Assembly: GCA_963762305.1 (NCBI GenBank)
Contig: CAVXKM010000002.1
Span: forward strand, 367,777-431,776
Direction: 5' to 3'
DNA length: 64,000 bases
From: an uncultured Spirochaetota bacterium
GTDB taxonomy: Bacteria > Spirochaetota > UBA4802 > UBA5368
Below the pieces are notes generated by a model. That model was given only the letters and a program-made list of their open reading frames with translations, did no database searches and was not told the origin of the DNA. Positions 49,288-58,331 of this stretch are shown piece by piece. Within the stretch, counting starts at the first letter, position 1; every line of letters starts with the position of its first letter. The position numbers and the translations under genes are program-made.

Positions 49288-50352
49288 ATGGCAAAGACGG
49301 ACATAGGCCCGCCCGATTACCGGCTGATGCTGCCGGAGGTCATCAAGAAAAACTACGGCCAGTGGAAATACCACGAGATACTCAGGCCCGGGGTGATGAG
49401 GCACGTCGCCGAGTCGGGTGACGAGCTGTACACCGTGCGCGCCGGCTCGCCCCGCCTGGTGAGCGTCGATTTCATACGCGACATCTGCGACATCGCCGAC
49501 AGGCACTGCGACGGCCGCCTGCGTTTCACGAGCCGCTACAACGTCGAGTTCATGACCCCGAAAAAACAGAACGTCGACCCCATAGTCGAGGACGTGAAAA
49601 AGCTCGGCCTGCCCGTCGGGGGCCTGGGCGACTGCATCTCGAACGTGGTGCACACCCAGGGCTGGATACACTGCCACAGCTCGGCGACTGACGCCTCCGG
49701 CCTGGTCAAGGCGATAATGGACGAACTCCACGACTATTTCACGACCTTCAAGCTGCAGGCGAAACTGAGGATCGCCGTGGCCTGCTGCATCAACATGTGC
49801 GGCGCCGTTCACTGCTCGGACCTGGCCGTGGTCGGCATCCACACGAAGCCCCCCAAGGTGGACAACAAAAAGCTCGCCTCCACCTGCGAGGTGCCGTCGG
49901 TCATCGCCTCCTGTCCTACCGGGGCCATACGCCGCCTGCAGGACAAGGATGCCGTCGGCGTCGAGGTGAGGGAAGATCGCTGCATGTACTGCGGCAACTG
50001 CTACACGGTGTGCCCCGCCATGCCTCTCGCCGACCCGGACGGGGACGGCGTTTCCATCTACGTGGGAGGAAAAGTCTCCAACGCCCGCAAGCCGCCCATG
50101 TTCTCCCGGCTCGCGGTCCCCTACCTGCCGAACCACCCGCCTCGCTGGCCGGAGGTTACCCAGGTCCTCAAGCGCATCGTCGAGGTATACGCGAAGAATT
50201 CCCGGAAGTACGAGCGCGTGGGCGAATGGATTTCACGGATAGGATGGGAAAGGTTTTTCAGCCTGACGGACATTCCGTTCACCGAGCAGCACATCGACGA
50301 CTTTTCTTCGGCCGCCGACACGTTCAGGGCAACCACTCAATTCAAATGGTGA
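49288..50352 (+). CDS. dsrB: dissimilatory sulfite reductase beta subunit
   Basis: [60 protein letters not shown] and the C-terminus ...TQFKW. GGAGGA ribosome-binding site. Confidence 0.9.
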   Translation: MAKTDIGPPDYRLMLPEVIKKNYGQWKYHEILRPGVMRHVAESGDELYTVRAGSPRLVSVDFIRDICDIADRHCDGRLRFTSRYNVEFMTPKKQNVDPIVEDVKKLGLPVGGLGDCISNVVHTQGWIHCHSSATDASGLVKAIMDELHDYFTTFKLQAKLRIAVACCINMCGAVHCSDLAVVGIHTKPPKVDNKKLASTCEVPSVIASCPTGAIRRLQDKDAVGVEVREDRCMYCGNCYTVCPAMPLADPDGDGVSIYVGGKVSNARKPPMFSRLAVPYLPNHPPRWPEVTQVLKRIVEVYAKNSRKYERVGEWISRIGWERFFSLTDIPFTEQHIDDFSSAADTFRATTQFKW

Positions 50353-50370
50353 CAGGGGGAAGACGGCATC

Positions 50371-50574
50371 ATGAGCGAACAAATCCCGGAAGAACTGAAA
50401 AAGAGGGTCCTCGACTATCTCGCCACGGTCAGCAAGGCCAAGAACAGGGACGTGGCGAAGGCCCTGAACGAAGACAAGCACCAGGTGGACAAGGCGATCG
50501 GCGAGCTGAGCAGGCAGGGGGACATAGAGTACCTGTACCTTGACGGTTCCTACGTAAAGCTTAAAGGGAAATAG
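50371..50574 (+). CDS. dsrD: DsrD (small winged-helix protein of the dsrAB operon)
   Basis: 67 aa immediately after dsrB. A K-rich winged-helix-like sequence (VLDYLATVSKAKNRDVAKAL). Confidence 0.65.
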   Translation: MSEQIPEELKKRVLDYLATVSKAKNRDVAKALNEDKHQVDKAIGELSRQGDIEYLYLDGSYVKLKGK

Positions 50575-52009
50575 ACTCGAGCCGCCTCTCCCGGGCCATG
50601 GCCGCCAGCCGCTCCGGCCAGTGCACGCCGTCGCTTTCCGCGTGCGTGTGCGTGAAGGCGGCAAGCGTGTTTTTATACAGGATCCCGTCCCGTCCGCCGC
50701 CGATTCCCTTCCCGCGCAGCATGCTGAAAACCATGGTCAAGCCAGTCCCCTCGGCGGGATTGATTATCCGCGAGTACCGGAATTCGTGTCCCCTCACGCT
50801 TGCGCCGGTCTCGAAATACGGATTATCCGAATCCACCCTTAACAGCGTGTACCCGTGGGCTTCCGGGGAATGCGACATCTCGAATTCATAAGGGAACACA
50901 CCGACCATGGGATAGCGCCCGCTTTCCGTGTGAAACGCCCTCGACAGGTACATGAGGCCGCCGCACTCGGCGTACACCGGCATGCCCTCCTCGATCCTCC
51001 GCCGCAGGTCCTCCCTGAACCCGGTATTCCCGGAAAGGACGCCCGCGTGCACCTCCGGGAAGCCGCCTCCGATATACAGCGCGTCGATCTTCGGCAGGCT
51101 TCCATCGGAGAGCGAGTCGACTTCGACAGTGCGCGCGCCGCAGCGGCGTATCTCTTCCAGGTTTTCCGGATAATAGAAATTGAAGGCCCTGTCCCTGACG
51201 ACGCCGACCACCGGCACGGGACCACGGCCGGCTCCCTCCTCTCCTACTCTCGTCTCCTCCGTGGCCGCGTTGTCGCTTTCCCGGCTGAGGCTTTGGAGTC
51301 TCCCGTTCACCCGTGAAGAGAGGCGCGCCATCCAGCCCGGCTTACTGCACGCCGCCTTTCGTCCAAGCTTCACGATGGAATCCACATCGGAGGACTGCTC
51401 GAATACGGACCCGAGGCGCGAAATAACGCCGCCGGGGTCGGGGTGCTCGGTGACCGGCAAGAGGCCCAGGTGGCGCTCAAACATTCCCAGCCCCGTGAGC
51501 CTCGGCATGAACCCGAGCACGGGAACATGGCACGAGCCCTCGACGGAGGCCGCGATCAGCTTCCGGTGGCGTTCCCCCGCTATGTTGTTCAAGATCACCC
51601 CGCCGATCGCCAGGCCGCGGTCGAAGGTCATGAACCCGTGCACCGCCGCCGCCGCGCTCCTGCTGGACTTGCTGCAGTCCACCACGAGAATGGGCGGGAT
51701 GCCCAGGAGCTTCACCAACTCCGCCGAGCTGTGCGTCCCCTCGACATCGAAACCGTCGAAGAGCCCGCGGTTGCCCTCCAGCACCGAGAAGTCTGCGCCA
51801 GCACTCCTTTCCCGGTACATGCTGACGACCCTGTCACGGCCCATCAGGAACGTGTCGAGATTGCGGCATTCAGAGCCGGACGCGCGGGTCAGCCACGCCT
51901 GGTCGATGTAGTCCGGGCCCTTTTTGAAGGCGCAGGTCTTCATGCCCCTCTTTATGAGGGCCTGCAGCAATCCTATGGCGACAAGTGTTTTTCCTGAGCC
52001 GCCGCGCAT
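50561..52009 (-). CDS. dsrN: cobyrinic acid a,c-diamide synthase homologue (DsrN, sirohaem amidase)
   Basis: CbiA/CobB architecture: N-terminal ATPase (GSGKTLVAIGLLQAL) and C-terminal glutamine amidotransferase (ECGGLMYL). Start uncertain: the ORF is open to 52123 but would then overlap dsrC. The 3' end overlaps the dsrD end by 14 nt. Confidence 0.75.
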   Translation of the reverse strand: MRGGSGKTLVAIGLLQALIKRGMKTCAFKKGPDYIDQAWLTRASGSECRNLDTFLMGRDRVVSMYRERSAGADFSVLEGNRGLFDGFDVEGTHSSAELVKLLGIPPILVVDCSKSSRSAAAAVHGFMTFDRGLAIGGVILNNIAGERHRKLIAASVEGSCHVPVLGFMPRLTGLGMFERHLGLLPVTEHPDPGGVISRLGSVFEQSSDVDSIVKLGRKAACSKPGWMARLSSRVNGRLQSLSRESDNAATEETRVGEEGAGRGPVPVVGVVRDRAFNFYYPENLEEIRRCGARTVEVDSLSDGSLPKIDALYIGGGFPEVHAGVLSGNTGFREDLRRRIEEGMPVYAECGGLMYLSRAFHTESGRYPMVGVFPYEFEMSHSPEAHGYTLLRVDSDNPYFETGASVRGHEFRYSRIINPAEGTGLTMVFSMLRGKGIGGGRDGILYKNTLAAFTHTHAESDGVHWPERLAAMARERRLESISL

Positions 52010-52046
52010 CCCGGCTATGGCGACGGCGTGAGAATGTTCTGGATAT

Positions 52047-52373
52047 TTACACGCAGCCGGTCGGTTTCGGGAGGCCGGCCCATTTACAGGCCGAGTTCGC
52101 TGGTCCCTGCGGAAAAAGCTCATATATTTGCTTCAGGTTGACGCCTGTCTCCTTCGTCAGTTTTCTCACCATGGGAGCGATGCCGTTTTCAAGGTAATAG
52201 TTTCTCAAATAGTTGATGACCTTCCAGTGGTCGCCCGTAAGCTCCGAGACCCCTTCCTTCCGGCTCATCGCGTGCGCGACCGCCTCGCTCCATTTGTCCG
52301 GCTCCTGCAAGAAGCCGTCCTCGTCGACCACCAGGCTTTGCCCGTCCATTTCAAATTGCGGCATGATCTTCAC
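52047..52373 (-). CDS. dsrC: DsrC (TusE/DsrC family) with conserved C-terminal arm
   Basis: The C-terminus ...FPQGPANSACKWAGLPKPTGCV carries the two conserved Cys. The upstream part is DsrC-like (DHWKVINYLRNYY). Confidence 0.9.
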   Translation of the reverse strand: MKIMPQFEMDGQSLVVDEDGFLQEPDKWSEAVAHAMSRKEGVSELTGDHWKVINYLRNYYLENGIAPMVRKLTKETGVNLKQIYELFPQGPANSACKWAGLPKPTGCV

Positions 52374-52541
52374 TCCGTTCTCGCTCCACCCGGGAGCGTG
52401 TAATGTTTAAATCCGTAATCGTCCCGATGTACAAATCTTGATAAAGAAAATTTAGCCGCCGGGAATGCGCTGTCAACGAGAATTGAACCGACTGGCAAAA
52501 AAATTAACATAATTCCAGCAACATACACAATATGAATATTG

Positions 52542-52556
52542 TTCATTTAAAAAATG
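52542..52556 (+). promoter_or_regulatory. palindrome ATGAATATTGTTCAT in the long AT-rich dsrC upstream region
   Basis: A 6-3-6 inverted repeat ~170 bp upstream of the dsrC start. Degenerate copies lie at 52903-52938. Confidence 0.35.
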
Positions 52557-52977
52557 GCGTTCATTATTAGCCCATATTACTTTGAGCCGTCACTCCAGGC
52601 TCTTTAAATCGGGAGACTGATGTATCGCGATTGCCTCTCACTAGTGGCTTAAATCTCTGTCTTGATCCTCTGCTATCATTTTGCGAGGCATGGCATCCTT
52701 TTTTGGATGAGCTGTTTCACCGATTTCCGGGTTTTAAACCGCCATCGCATCCCTGCGGGTATAATTGAGAGTCCCCCTGAGATGGCGTATAATGTCCTAA
52801 AAGGATGTATCACCCTTATATTAGGAATCATCCCTCGCAAACCCCATTCCACGTGGTTTTCCGGAGACCATGGATTTCATATTTTATTTATATTATATTT
52901 AAATATAATTCACGCCCGAGGCATTCATTAATATTCAAAATCGTCTCATAAACTGTTACAAGGAGGCTCAAAGCTGT

Positions 52978-53814
52978 ATGCGTTATAAACTGGTTTTTTC
53001 ACTCATCCTGGCAGTGGCGCTGATTTCCCTGGGAGTTTTCGCGCCTGCCGGACATTCGCAGGAAGGGCCCAAAGTGGTTGTAAAGGGATCCACCACGGTG
53101 CTTCCCATAACCCTGAAGGCCATCGAAGCCTACAAGAAAATCATGCCCAAGGTTTCCATCTCCGTTGAGGGAAGCGGATCCGGCAACGGCATCAAGTCAC
53201 TGCTCGAGGGGAGCTGTGACCTCGCCAATTCATCGCGGGCAATGAAGAAGGAAGAGCTCGACAAGGCGGGGGCGGCAAAGATCAAGGTGAAAGAGATCGT
53301 GGTTGCCTATGACATGATCGTTCCGGTCGTTCATCCGTCCAATCGTGTCGCCAACCTTACCAAGGAGCAGCTCAAGGGGATCTACGACGGATCAATCAAC
53401 AACTGGAAGGTCGTTGGCGGCGAGGACATGAAGATCGTGGTCATTTCCCGCGACACGAGCTCCGGGACCTACGAATACTGGCACGAAGACGTCCTCAAGA
53501 AGACCGATACCCGCAAGGACGCGCTTTTACAAGCGTCCAACGGCGCCATCGTAAACGCGGTTTCCAACAACAAGAAAGCTATCGGATACATAGGCTTCGG
53601 GTATCTCAACGATTCCGTCAAGGCGCTGAAAGTGAACAGCGTAACGGCCACCATTGAAAACGGCAAGTCTAAAAAATACCCCATATCGCGAGAGCTTTTC
53701 ATGTACACCAATGCTAAAACGATGTCGAAGGAGACGAAGGACTTCGTGAACTATCTCCTCGGCAAAGACGGACAGGCGCTCGTGAAAAAGGCCGGTTTCA
53801 TTCCGTTAAAGTAG
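52978..53814 (+). CDS. PstS-family periplasmic substrate-binding protein (orphan, with no pstCAB)
   Basis: Signal peptide plus KGSTTVLPITLKAIEAYKK...VEGSGSGNGIKSL, a PBP superfamily PstS-like sequence. Confidence 0.75.
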   Translation: MRYKLVFSLILAVALISLGVFAPAGHSQEGPKVVVKGSTTVLPITLKAIEAYKKIMPKVSISVEGSGSGNGIKSLLEGSCDLANSSRAMKKEELDKAGAAKIKVKEIVVAYDMIVPVVHPSNRVANLTKEQLKGIYDGSINNWKVVGGEDMKIVVISRDTSSGTYEYWHEDVLKKTDTRKDALLQASNGAIVNAVSNNKKAIGYIGFGYLNDSVKALKVNSVTATIENGKSKKYPISRELFMYTNAKTMSKETKDFVNYLLGKDGQALVKKAGFIPLK

Positions 53815-53842
53815 TCCCGTCCAGGTATAGCAGAGTGAAGTT

Positions 53843-53877
53843 AAGAGGAGGGCGTCAACCGCTTCTCCTCTTCTTTT
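53843..53877. terminator. possible terminator hairpin
   Basis: AAGAGGAG-N14-CTCCTCTT followed by CTTTTAA. The long loop makes this weak. Confidence 0.3.
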
Positions 53878-53976
53878 AAGGGTGTTCGATATCAGTGCCC
53901 GGATGCAGTTGCCTGGAACAGTGGGGGCATGTTTCCCGTTTTCCCTTTTGAACGATTTATGCAGGCCAAAACGGAA

Positions 53977-54723
53977 TTATTCAGAGCGGACGATGGGCGA
54001 TCCATCCGGATTGAAAGGATTCACCCTTCGGACGAGAGAAAAAATATACGGATATTCCTTTTTAAGATGGGTCACGTAATCGATCCACTCCAGCACGATT
54101 CGCCGGTACGCCCTGGTCATATCGCCGGCAAGGTGCGCGAGGTCGGTGGCCGGCAGATCCCTGATTTCCGTTCTCATGGAGAGTTCCTCGGCCAGGTGAA
54201 ACACCGCCCAGAGCATCTCGGTAAAGGACTCGTGCTCAAGGAGGTTCGAGTTCTCAAGGAGCCCGACGAGAAATGAGCGCTTGGCGGCACAAAAACGCTG
54301 CAGGCCCTCAAGTTCCTCCGGGCCGGCCTGGATCCTGTATCGGTGGTCCATCACCGTCTTTTTCGCCTGCGCGAGGGACTTGTCGGTCCACCCGCTAGGG
54401 GCGGTAAAAAGGGGCCGGAGAAGCTCCGTGTTCTGGTCCAAAAGCGAAAAATCGTGTAGAAGTGTCAGCCCCACCTCGCTGAAAAAAGCCCCTATCACCA
54501 TGTTCATCTTCCTCAGCAGCGAGCGCTTCTCCCTCCTGTTCAGCAGGGCATTCAGGATGACCGTGACGAGCACGACCTGAACGGGCAGGAAGGCCGTATC
54601 CTGCAGCATGTAAAAAAAAGTGTCCTCGGTGCGGTGGAACAGGTAATACTGGAGGAAGTAAAGCAGGAACGAAAGGGCTATTAAAGTTAGAACGACTGAG
54701 GCAAACCATGCCGCCTTTTTCAT
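53977..54723 (-). CDS. hypothetical membrane protein
   Basis: Two N-terminal TM helices plus a cytoplasmic helical domain. 248 aa. Confidence 0.45.
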   Translation of the reverse strand: MKKAAWFASVVLTLIALSFLLYFLQYYLFHRTEDTFFYMLQDTAFLPVQVVLVTVILNALLNRREKRSLLRKMNMVIGAFFSEVGLTLLHDFSLLDQNTELLRPLFTAPSGWTDKSLAQAKKTVMDHRYRIQAGPEELEGLQRFCAAKRSFLVGLLENSNLLEHESFTEMLWAVFHLAEELSMRTEIRDLPATDLAHLAGDMTRAYRRIVLEWIDYVTHLKKEYPYIFSLVRRVNPFNPDGSPIVRSE

Positions 54724-54760
54724 GAATATCGCGCCCTGTCAGAACATCCTGGTCGCCCGT

Positions 54761-55147
54761 TCAAAAAGCGAGGCGATCCACCGGAAGAAGCGCCTTAACA
54801 TATACCATACCTTTTTCAACCCGCGCGCCTCGAGCTCCTTCCGGAGTTCGTCTATGTGCGTCATCTCCTCGACTGGTGAAATTCTTCCTTTCGATGTTCT
54901 CGTCGGTCTCGATCTCGAACTTCTCCAGCCTCGTCCTGGCGCTTACGACCATCGCCTCGATATCGCGCCAGCCCAGCTCGCGAGCGGCCTGCAGTCGCCG
55001 GTACCCGGCAAGCAATTCGAATTTCCTGTTGATGGTGATCGGATTTATCAAACCGCGCCTGCGCATGGACTCCTTGAGCTGGCTCAAATTCCCTATGTCT
55101 TTCCGCAGCCTTTTCCTGATCTTGACCTGGTCGATATTTACTTTCAA
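54761..55147 (-). CDS. ParB/Sulfiredoxin N-terminal-domain protein (stand-alone)
   Basis: GLINPITINRKFELLAGYRRLQAARELGW is the ParB N-domain motif. Only 128 aa, with no HTH or dimerisation domain. Confidence 0.6.
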   Translation of the reverse strand: MKVNIDQVKIRKRLRKDIGNLSQLKESMRRRGLINPITINRKFELLAGYRRLQAARELGWRDIEAMVVSARTRLEKFEIETDENIERKNFTSRGDDAHRRTPEGARGARVEKGMVYVKALLPVDRLAF

Positions 55148-55443
55148 CTCCCTCTCTCCCGCCTTGAAATCCTACCAGCGCGCGCCCGCATGCGGGCGCG
55201 GTAAAAATATAATTACCGTGAAGGCGCGACCAAAAGTCAACATGAAATCGATAAAACATACGAAACATGCCTTTTGCAAGGCCTGTGGCATCCCTCGACC
55301 GCCGCAGGCAGGGGATTGAAAAACCGGGATCCTGTGACCGTAAATAGTCACTCTATCCCTGACACCCGCCCTTTTTTTGATTGACTTTCCCCCTTGAGCT
55401 CAATGTCTAATAGACTTGATATTATGGGCTCGGGAGAAGACCG

Positions 55444-55650
55444 ATGGAAAATGTATACAGGGTCATTGAGCTTATAGGAACGAGCACCAAGTCCTGGGAG
55501 GAAGCGGCGCGCAACGCGGTGGAGAGTCATGCCAAAACACTGCATGATCTCAGGGTCGCCGAGATAAAGGAACTCGACATGAAGGTGGAAGAGGGAAAGG
55601 TGGTCCTTTATCGCGCGAAGGTCACCGTTTCCTTTAAATACAACGCCTGA
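55444..55650 (+). CDS. dodecin-family flavin-binding protein
   Basis: 68 aa. VYRVIELIGTS...LRVAEIKELDMKVEEGKVVLYRAKVTVSF matches the dodecin fold sequence. Confidence 0.8.
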   Translation: MENVYRVIELIGTSTKSWEEAARNAVESHAKTLHDLRVAEIKELDMKVEEGKVVLYRAKVTVSFKYNA

Positions 55651-55789
55651 CACGGCATATAAACAGCTCGCTGCCTGCCTGTTTCCGACCGGCACTATAC
55701 ACATCACAACCCGTAGATATACCGGGTCCCTAAACCAGGACAACGGTGTCAATTTTCACTCTCCATAAAATTTTTTAAAAAATCCTTGA

Positions 55790-55844
55790 CGTAGAAAGGG
55801 CTACAATATATATTACTATATATTGATATATTGATATTAATCCA
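55790..55844 (+). promoter_or_regulatory. AT-rich repeat cluster (ATATTGATAT x2, CCAATGATCCAAT) immediately upstream of the ArsR-MTase regulator gene; candidate autoregulatory operator
   Basis: tatatattactatatattgatatattgatattaatccaatgatccaatatt. Confidence 0.3.
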
Positions 55845-56756
55845 ATGATCCAATATTTTAAAGCCCTTGCGGATTCCACGAGGATCCGTCTGCTCCATCT
55901 GCTTTTAAAGCACGAATTAAACGTGAACGAGATAACAACGATTCTCAACATGGGGCAGTCGCGTGTTTCGCGCCACCTTAAAATACTCACGGATGCCGGC
56001 CTGCTCTTGCCGCGCAAGGACGGGTTATGGGTGTTCTATTCCTCGGCGAAGTCCGGCGACGGCCTCAAGTTCATAGAGTCGATACAGCACCTGTTCCAGG
56101 ACGACCGGGCGCTCACGCAGGACCTTTCCTCGGCGGAAAAGGTTATCGATGAAAGGACCCTGCGTTCGAGGGACTTTTTCAACGCCCTGGCGGGCGACTG
56201 GGAAATGGTCAGGAAAGAAATTCTCGGCGATTTCGATCTCGGCGGCGCGATCCTCGACCTGGCGGACTTCCGGGCGCGTTCCTCCGCCGACCTCGGCTGC
56301 GGGACGGGTGACCTCCTTGCGCTTTTAAAGGACCGTTGCGAGCGCACCATCGGCGTGGACAACTCGCCGGAGATGCTCGATCTCGCCCGAAGGCGTTTTT
56401 CCGGGGATGGAAACCGGGTTGATTTGCGCCTGGGAGAGCTGGAGCACCTGCCGCTGGTTGACGGAGAAGTGGACTTTGCCGTCATGAACCTCGTGCTGCA
56501 CCATCTTCCCTCCCCCGTCCTCGGCCTACGGGAGGCGCACCGCGCCGTATCGAGCGGGGGGAGCTTCATAATCGCCGATTTCGAAAAACACACCGATGAA
56601 AAATTGAGATCGGCATACGGTGACCGCTGGCTCGGTTTCTCCGGTAAAGACATAAAAGGCTGGCTCGCTGATGCCGGCTTCCGGCTGCTGGAGACGAAGC
56701 GCTTCTCCCTGGCCGGCGGTCTTTCGGTATTCATTTATAGATCGTTCCGCGAGTAA
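55845..56756 (+). CDS. sahR: ArsR-family HTH fused to a SAM-dependent methyltransferase-like domain (SahR-type regulator of the methionine cycle)
   Basis: N-terminal ArsR wHTH (FKALADSTRIRLLHLL...NVNEITTILNMGQSRVSRHLKIL). C-terminal class-I MTase fold (DLGCGTGDL). Immediately upstream of ahcY. Confidence 0.65.
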   Translation: MIQYFKALADSTRIRLLHLLLKHELNVNEITTILNMGQSRVSRHLKILTDAGLLLPRKDGLWVFYSSAKSGDGLKFIESIQHLFQDDRALTQDLSSAEKVIDERTLRSRDFFNALAGDWEMVRKEILGDFDLGGAILDLADFRARSSADLGCGTGDLLALLKDRCERTIGVDNSPEMLDLARRRFSGDGNRVDLRLGELEHLPLVDGEVDFAVMNLVLHHLPSPVLGLREAHRAVSSGGSFIIADFEKHTDEKLRSAYGDRWLGFSGKDIKGWLADAGFRLLETKRFSLAGGLSVFIYRSFRE

Positions 56757-56786
56757 AATACATGGATCAAGGAGGTCTTACTTCCG

Positions 56787-58211
56787 ATGAAAACTCTTGT
56801 GCTTGAAAAGGCCCTGCCGCATAAAATAGCCGACATCTCCCTCGCCGAATGGGGCCGGAAAGAGATGCAGCTGGCCGAGAACGAAATGCCGGGCCTCATG
56901 GCCATACGCCGCAAGTACGGCCAGCGGAAGCCCCTCGGCGGCATGAAGGTGACGGGCAGCCTACACATGACGATTCAAACCGCCATGCTCATCGAGACCC
57001 TCGCCGAACTCGGGGCCGATATCCGGTGGGCCTCCTGCAACATCTTCTCCACGCAGGACCACGCGGCGGCCGCCATCGCGAAGGCCAGGAGCGCGGCCGT
57101 TTTCGCATGGAAGGGCGAAACCCTGGAAGAGTACTGGTGGTGCACTGAACAGGCCCTCACCTGGCCCGACGGTTCGGGCCCGGACCTCATCGTCGACGAT
57201 GGCGGCGACGCGACACTCTTCGTGCACCAGGGCGTCAAGGTGGAAAAGGACCCCTCCCTGCTCGCCAAGACATACGACAACAAGGAGTTTTCCATCATAA
57301 TGGACCGCCTCAGGGACTGCCACCGCCGCGACCCGAAGCACTGGACCGACGTGGCCGCGAAAATCCGCGGCGTCTCCGAGGAAACCACCACCGGCGTGCA
57401 CCGGCTCTACCAGATGCAGCAGAACGGAGAGCTGCTGTTCCCGGCCATCAACGTCAACGATTCCGTCACGAAATCGAAATTCGACAACCTCTACGGCTGC
57501 CGGGAATCCCTTGCCGACGGCATCAAGCGCGCCACCGACGTCATGGTCGCGGGCAAGGTTGTCGTGGTATGCGGTTACGGCGACGTGGGGAAGGGATGCG
57601 CGCAGTCCATGCGGGGTTTCGGGGCCAGGGTCATCGTGACCGAAATCGATCCCATATGCGCCCTCCAGGCCGCGATGGAAGGGTACGAGGTCACGACCAT
57701 GGAGGACGCGGCGCCCGCCGGGGACATCTTCGTTACCGCCACGGGGTGCTGTGACGTCATACGGGGCGTGCACATGGAGCGCATGAAAAACGAGGCCATT
57801 GTCTGCAATATCGGACATTTCGACAGCGAGATCGACATGCGCTACCTGGAAACGACCGCCGGGATTCAAAAAGTGACCATCAAGCCCCAGGTCGACAAGT
57901 GGACATTGAAATCCGGGAAATCGGTCATCGTGCTCGCCGAGGGCAGGCTCGTAAACCTCGGCTGCGCCACCGGCCATCCCAGCTTCGTGATGAGCAACAG
58001 CTTCACGAACCAGTGCCTCGCGCAGATCGAGCTCGCGAATAAGAAACTGGAGCCGCGGGTTTACACGCTTCCGAAAGAACTCGACGAGGAGGTCGCCATG
58101 CTGCACCTGGAGCGGCTCGGCGCGAAGCTGTCAAGGCTCACCCGCGAACAGGCCGAATATCTCGGAATTCCGGTTGACGGGCCCTTCAAGCCCGAGCACT
58201 ATCGTTACTGA
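56787..58211 (+). CDS. ahcY: adenosylhomocysteinase
   Basis: [15 protein letters not shown]...; the NAD-binding motif [12 protein letters not shown]; 474 aa. Confidence 0.95.
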   Translation: MKTLVLEKALPHKIADISLAEWGRKEMQLAENEMPGLMAIRRKYGQRKPLGGMKVTGSLHMTIQTAMLIETLAELGADIRWASCNIFSTQDHAAAAIAKARSAAVFAWKGETLEEYWWCTEQALTWPDGSGPDLIVDDGGDATLFVHQGVKVEKDPSLLAKTYDNKEFSIIMDRLRDCHRRDPKHWTDVAAKIRGVSEETTTGVHRLYQMQQNGELLFPAINVNDSVTKSKFDNLYGCRESLADGIKRATDVMVAGKVVVVCGYGDVGKGCAQSMRGFGARVIVTEIDPICALQAAMEGYEVTTMEDAAPAGDIFVTATGCCDVIRGVHMERMKNEAIVCNIGHFDSEIDMRYLETTAGIQKVTIKPQVDKWTLKSGKSVIVLAEGRLVNLGCATGHPSFVMSNSFTNQCLAQIELANKKLEPRVYTLPKELDEEVAMLHLERLGAKLSRLTREQAEYLGIPVDGPFKPEHYRY

Positions 58212-58233
58212 TACAGCGAGTGTTACGACGCGA

Positions 58234-58273
58234 AAGGCCGCCCCGCATCCCGCGGGAGCGGCCTTCCTTTTAT
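58234..58273. terminator. rho-independent terminator between convergent ahcY and fadD
   Basis: AAGGCCGCCCCGC-ATCC-CGCGGGAGCGGCCTT followed by CCTTTTATT. Confidence 0.5.
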
Positions 58274-58331
58274 TGGAAACGAGGAGTCCGCTCACCCGGG
58301 CGAATATGAAGAGCGGACATCCCGCATGGCA

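Noticed and set aside
55156-55178. GC-rich hairpin CGCGCCCGC-ATG-CGGGCGCG as a terminator
   Set aside because: It lies upstream of the ParB-N gene. The flank is A-rich rather than T-rich in either orientation, so it does not look like an intrinsic terminator. Noted only as a palindrome.
56961-58106. 381-aa minus-strand ORF
   Set aside because: Antisense to ahcY.
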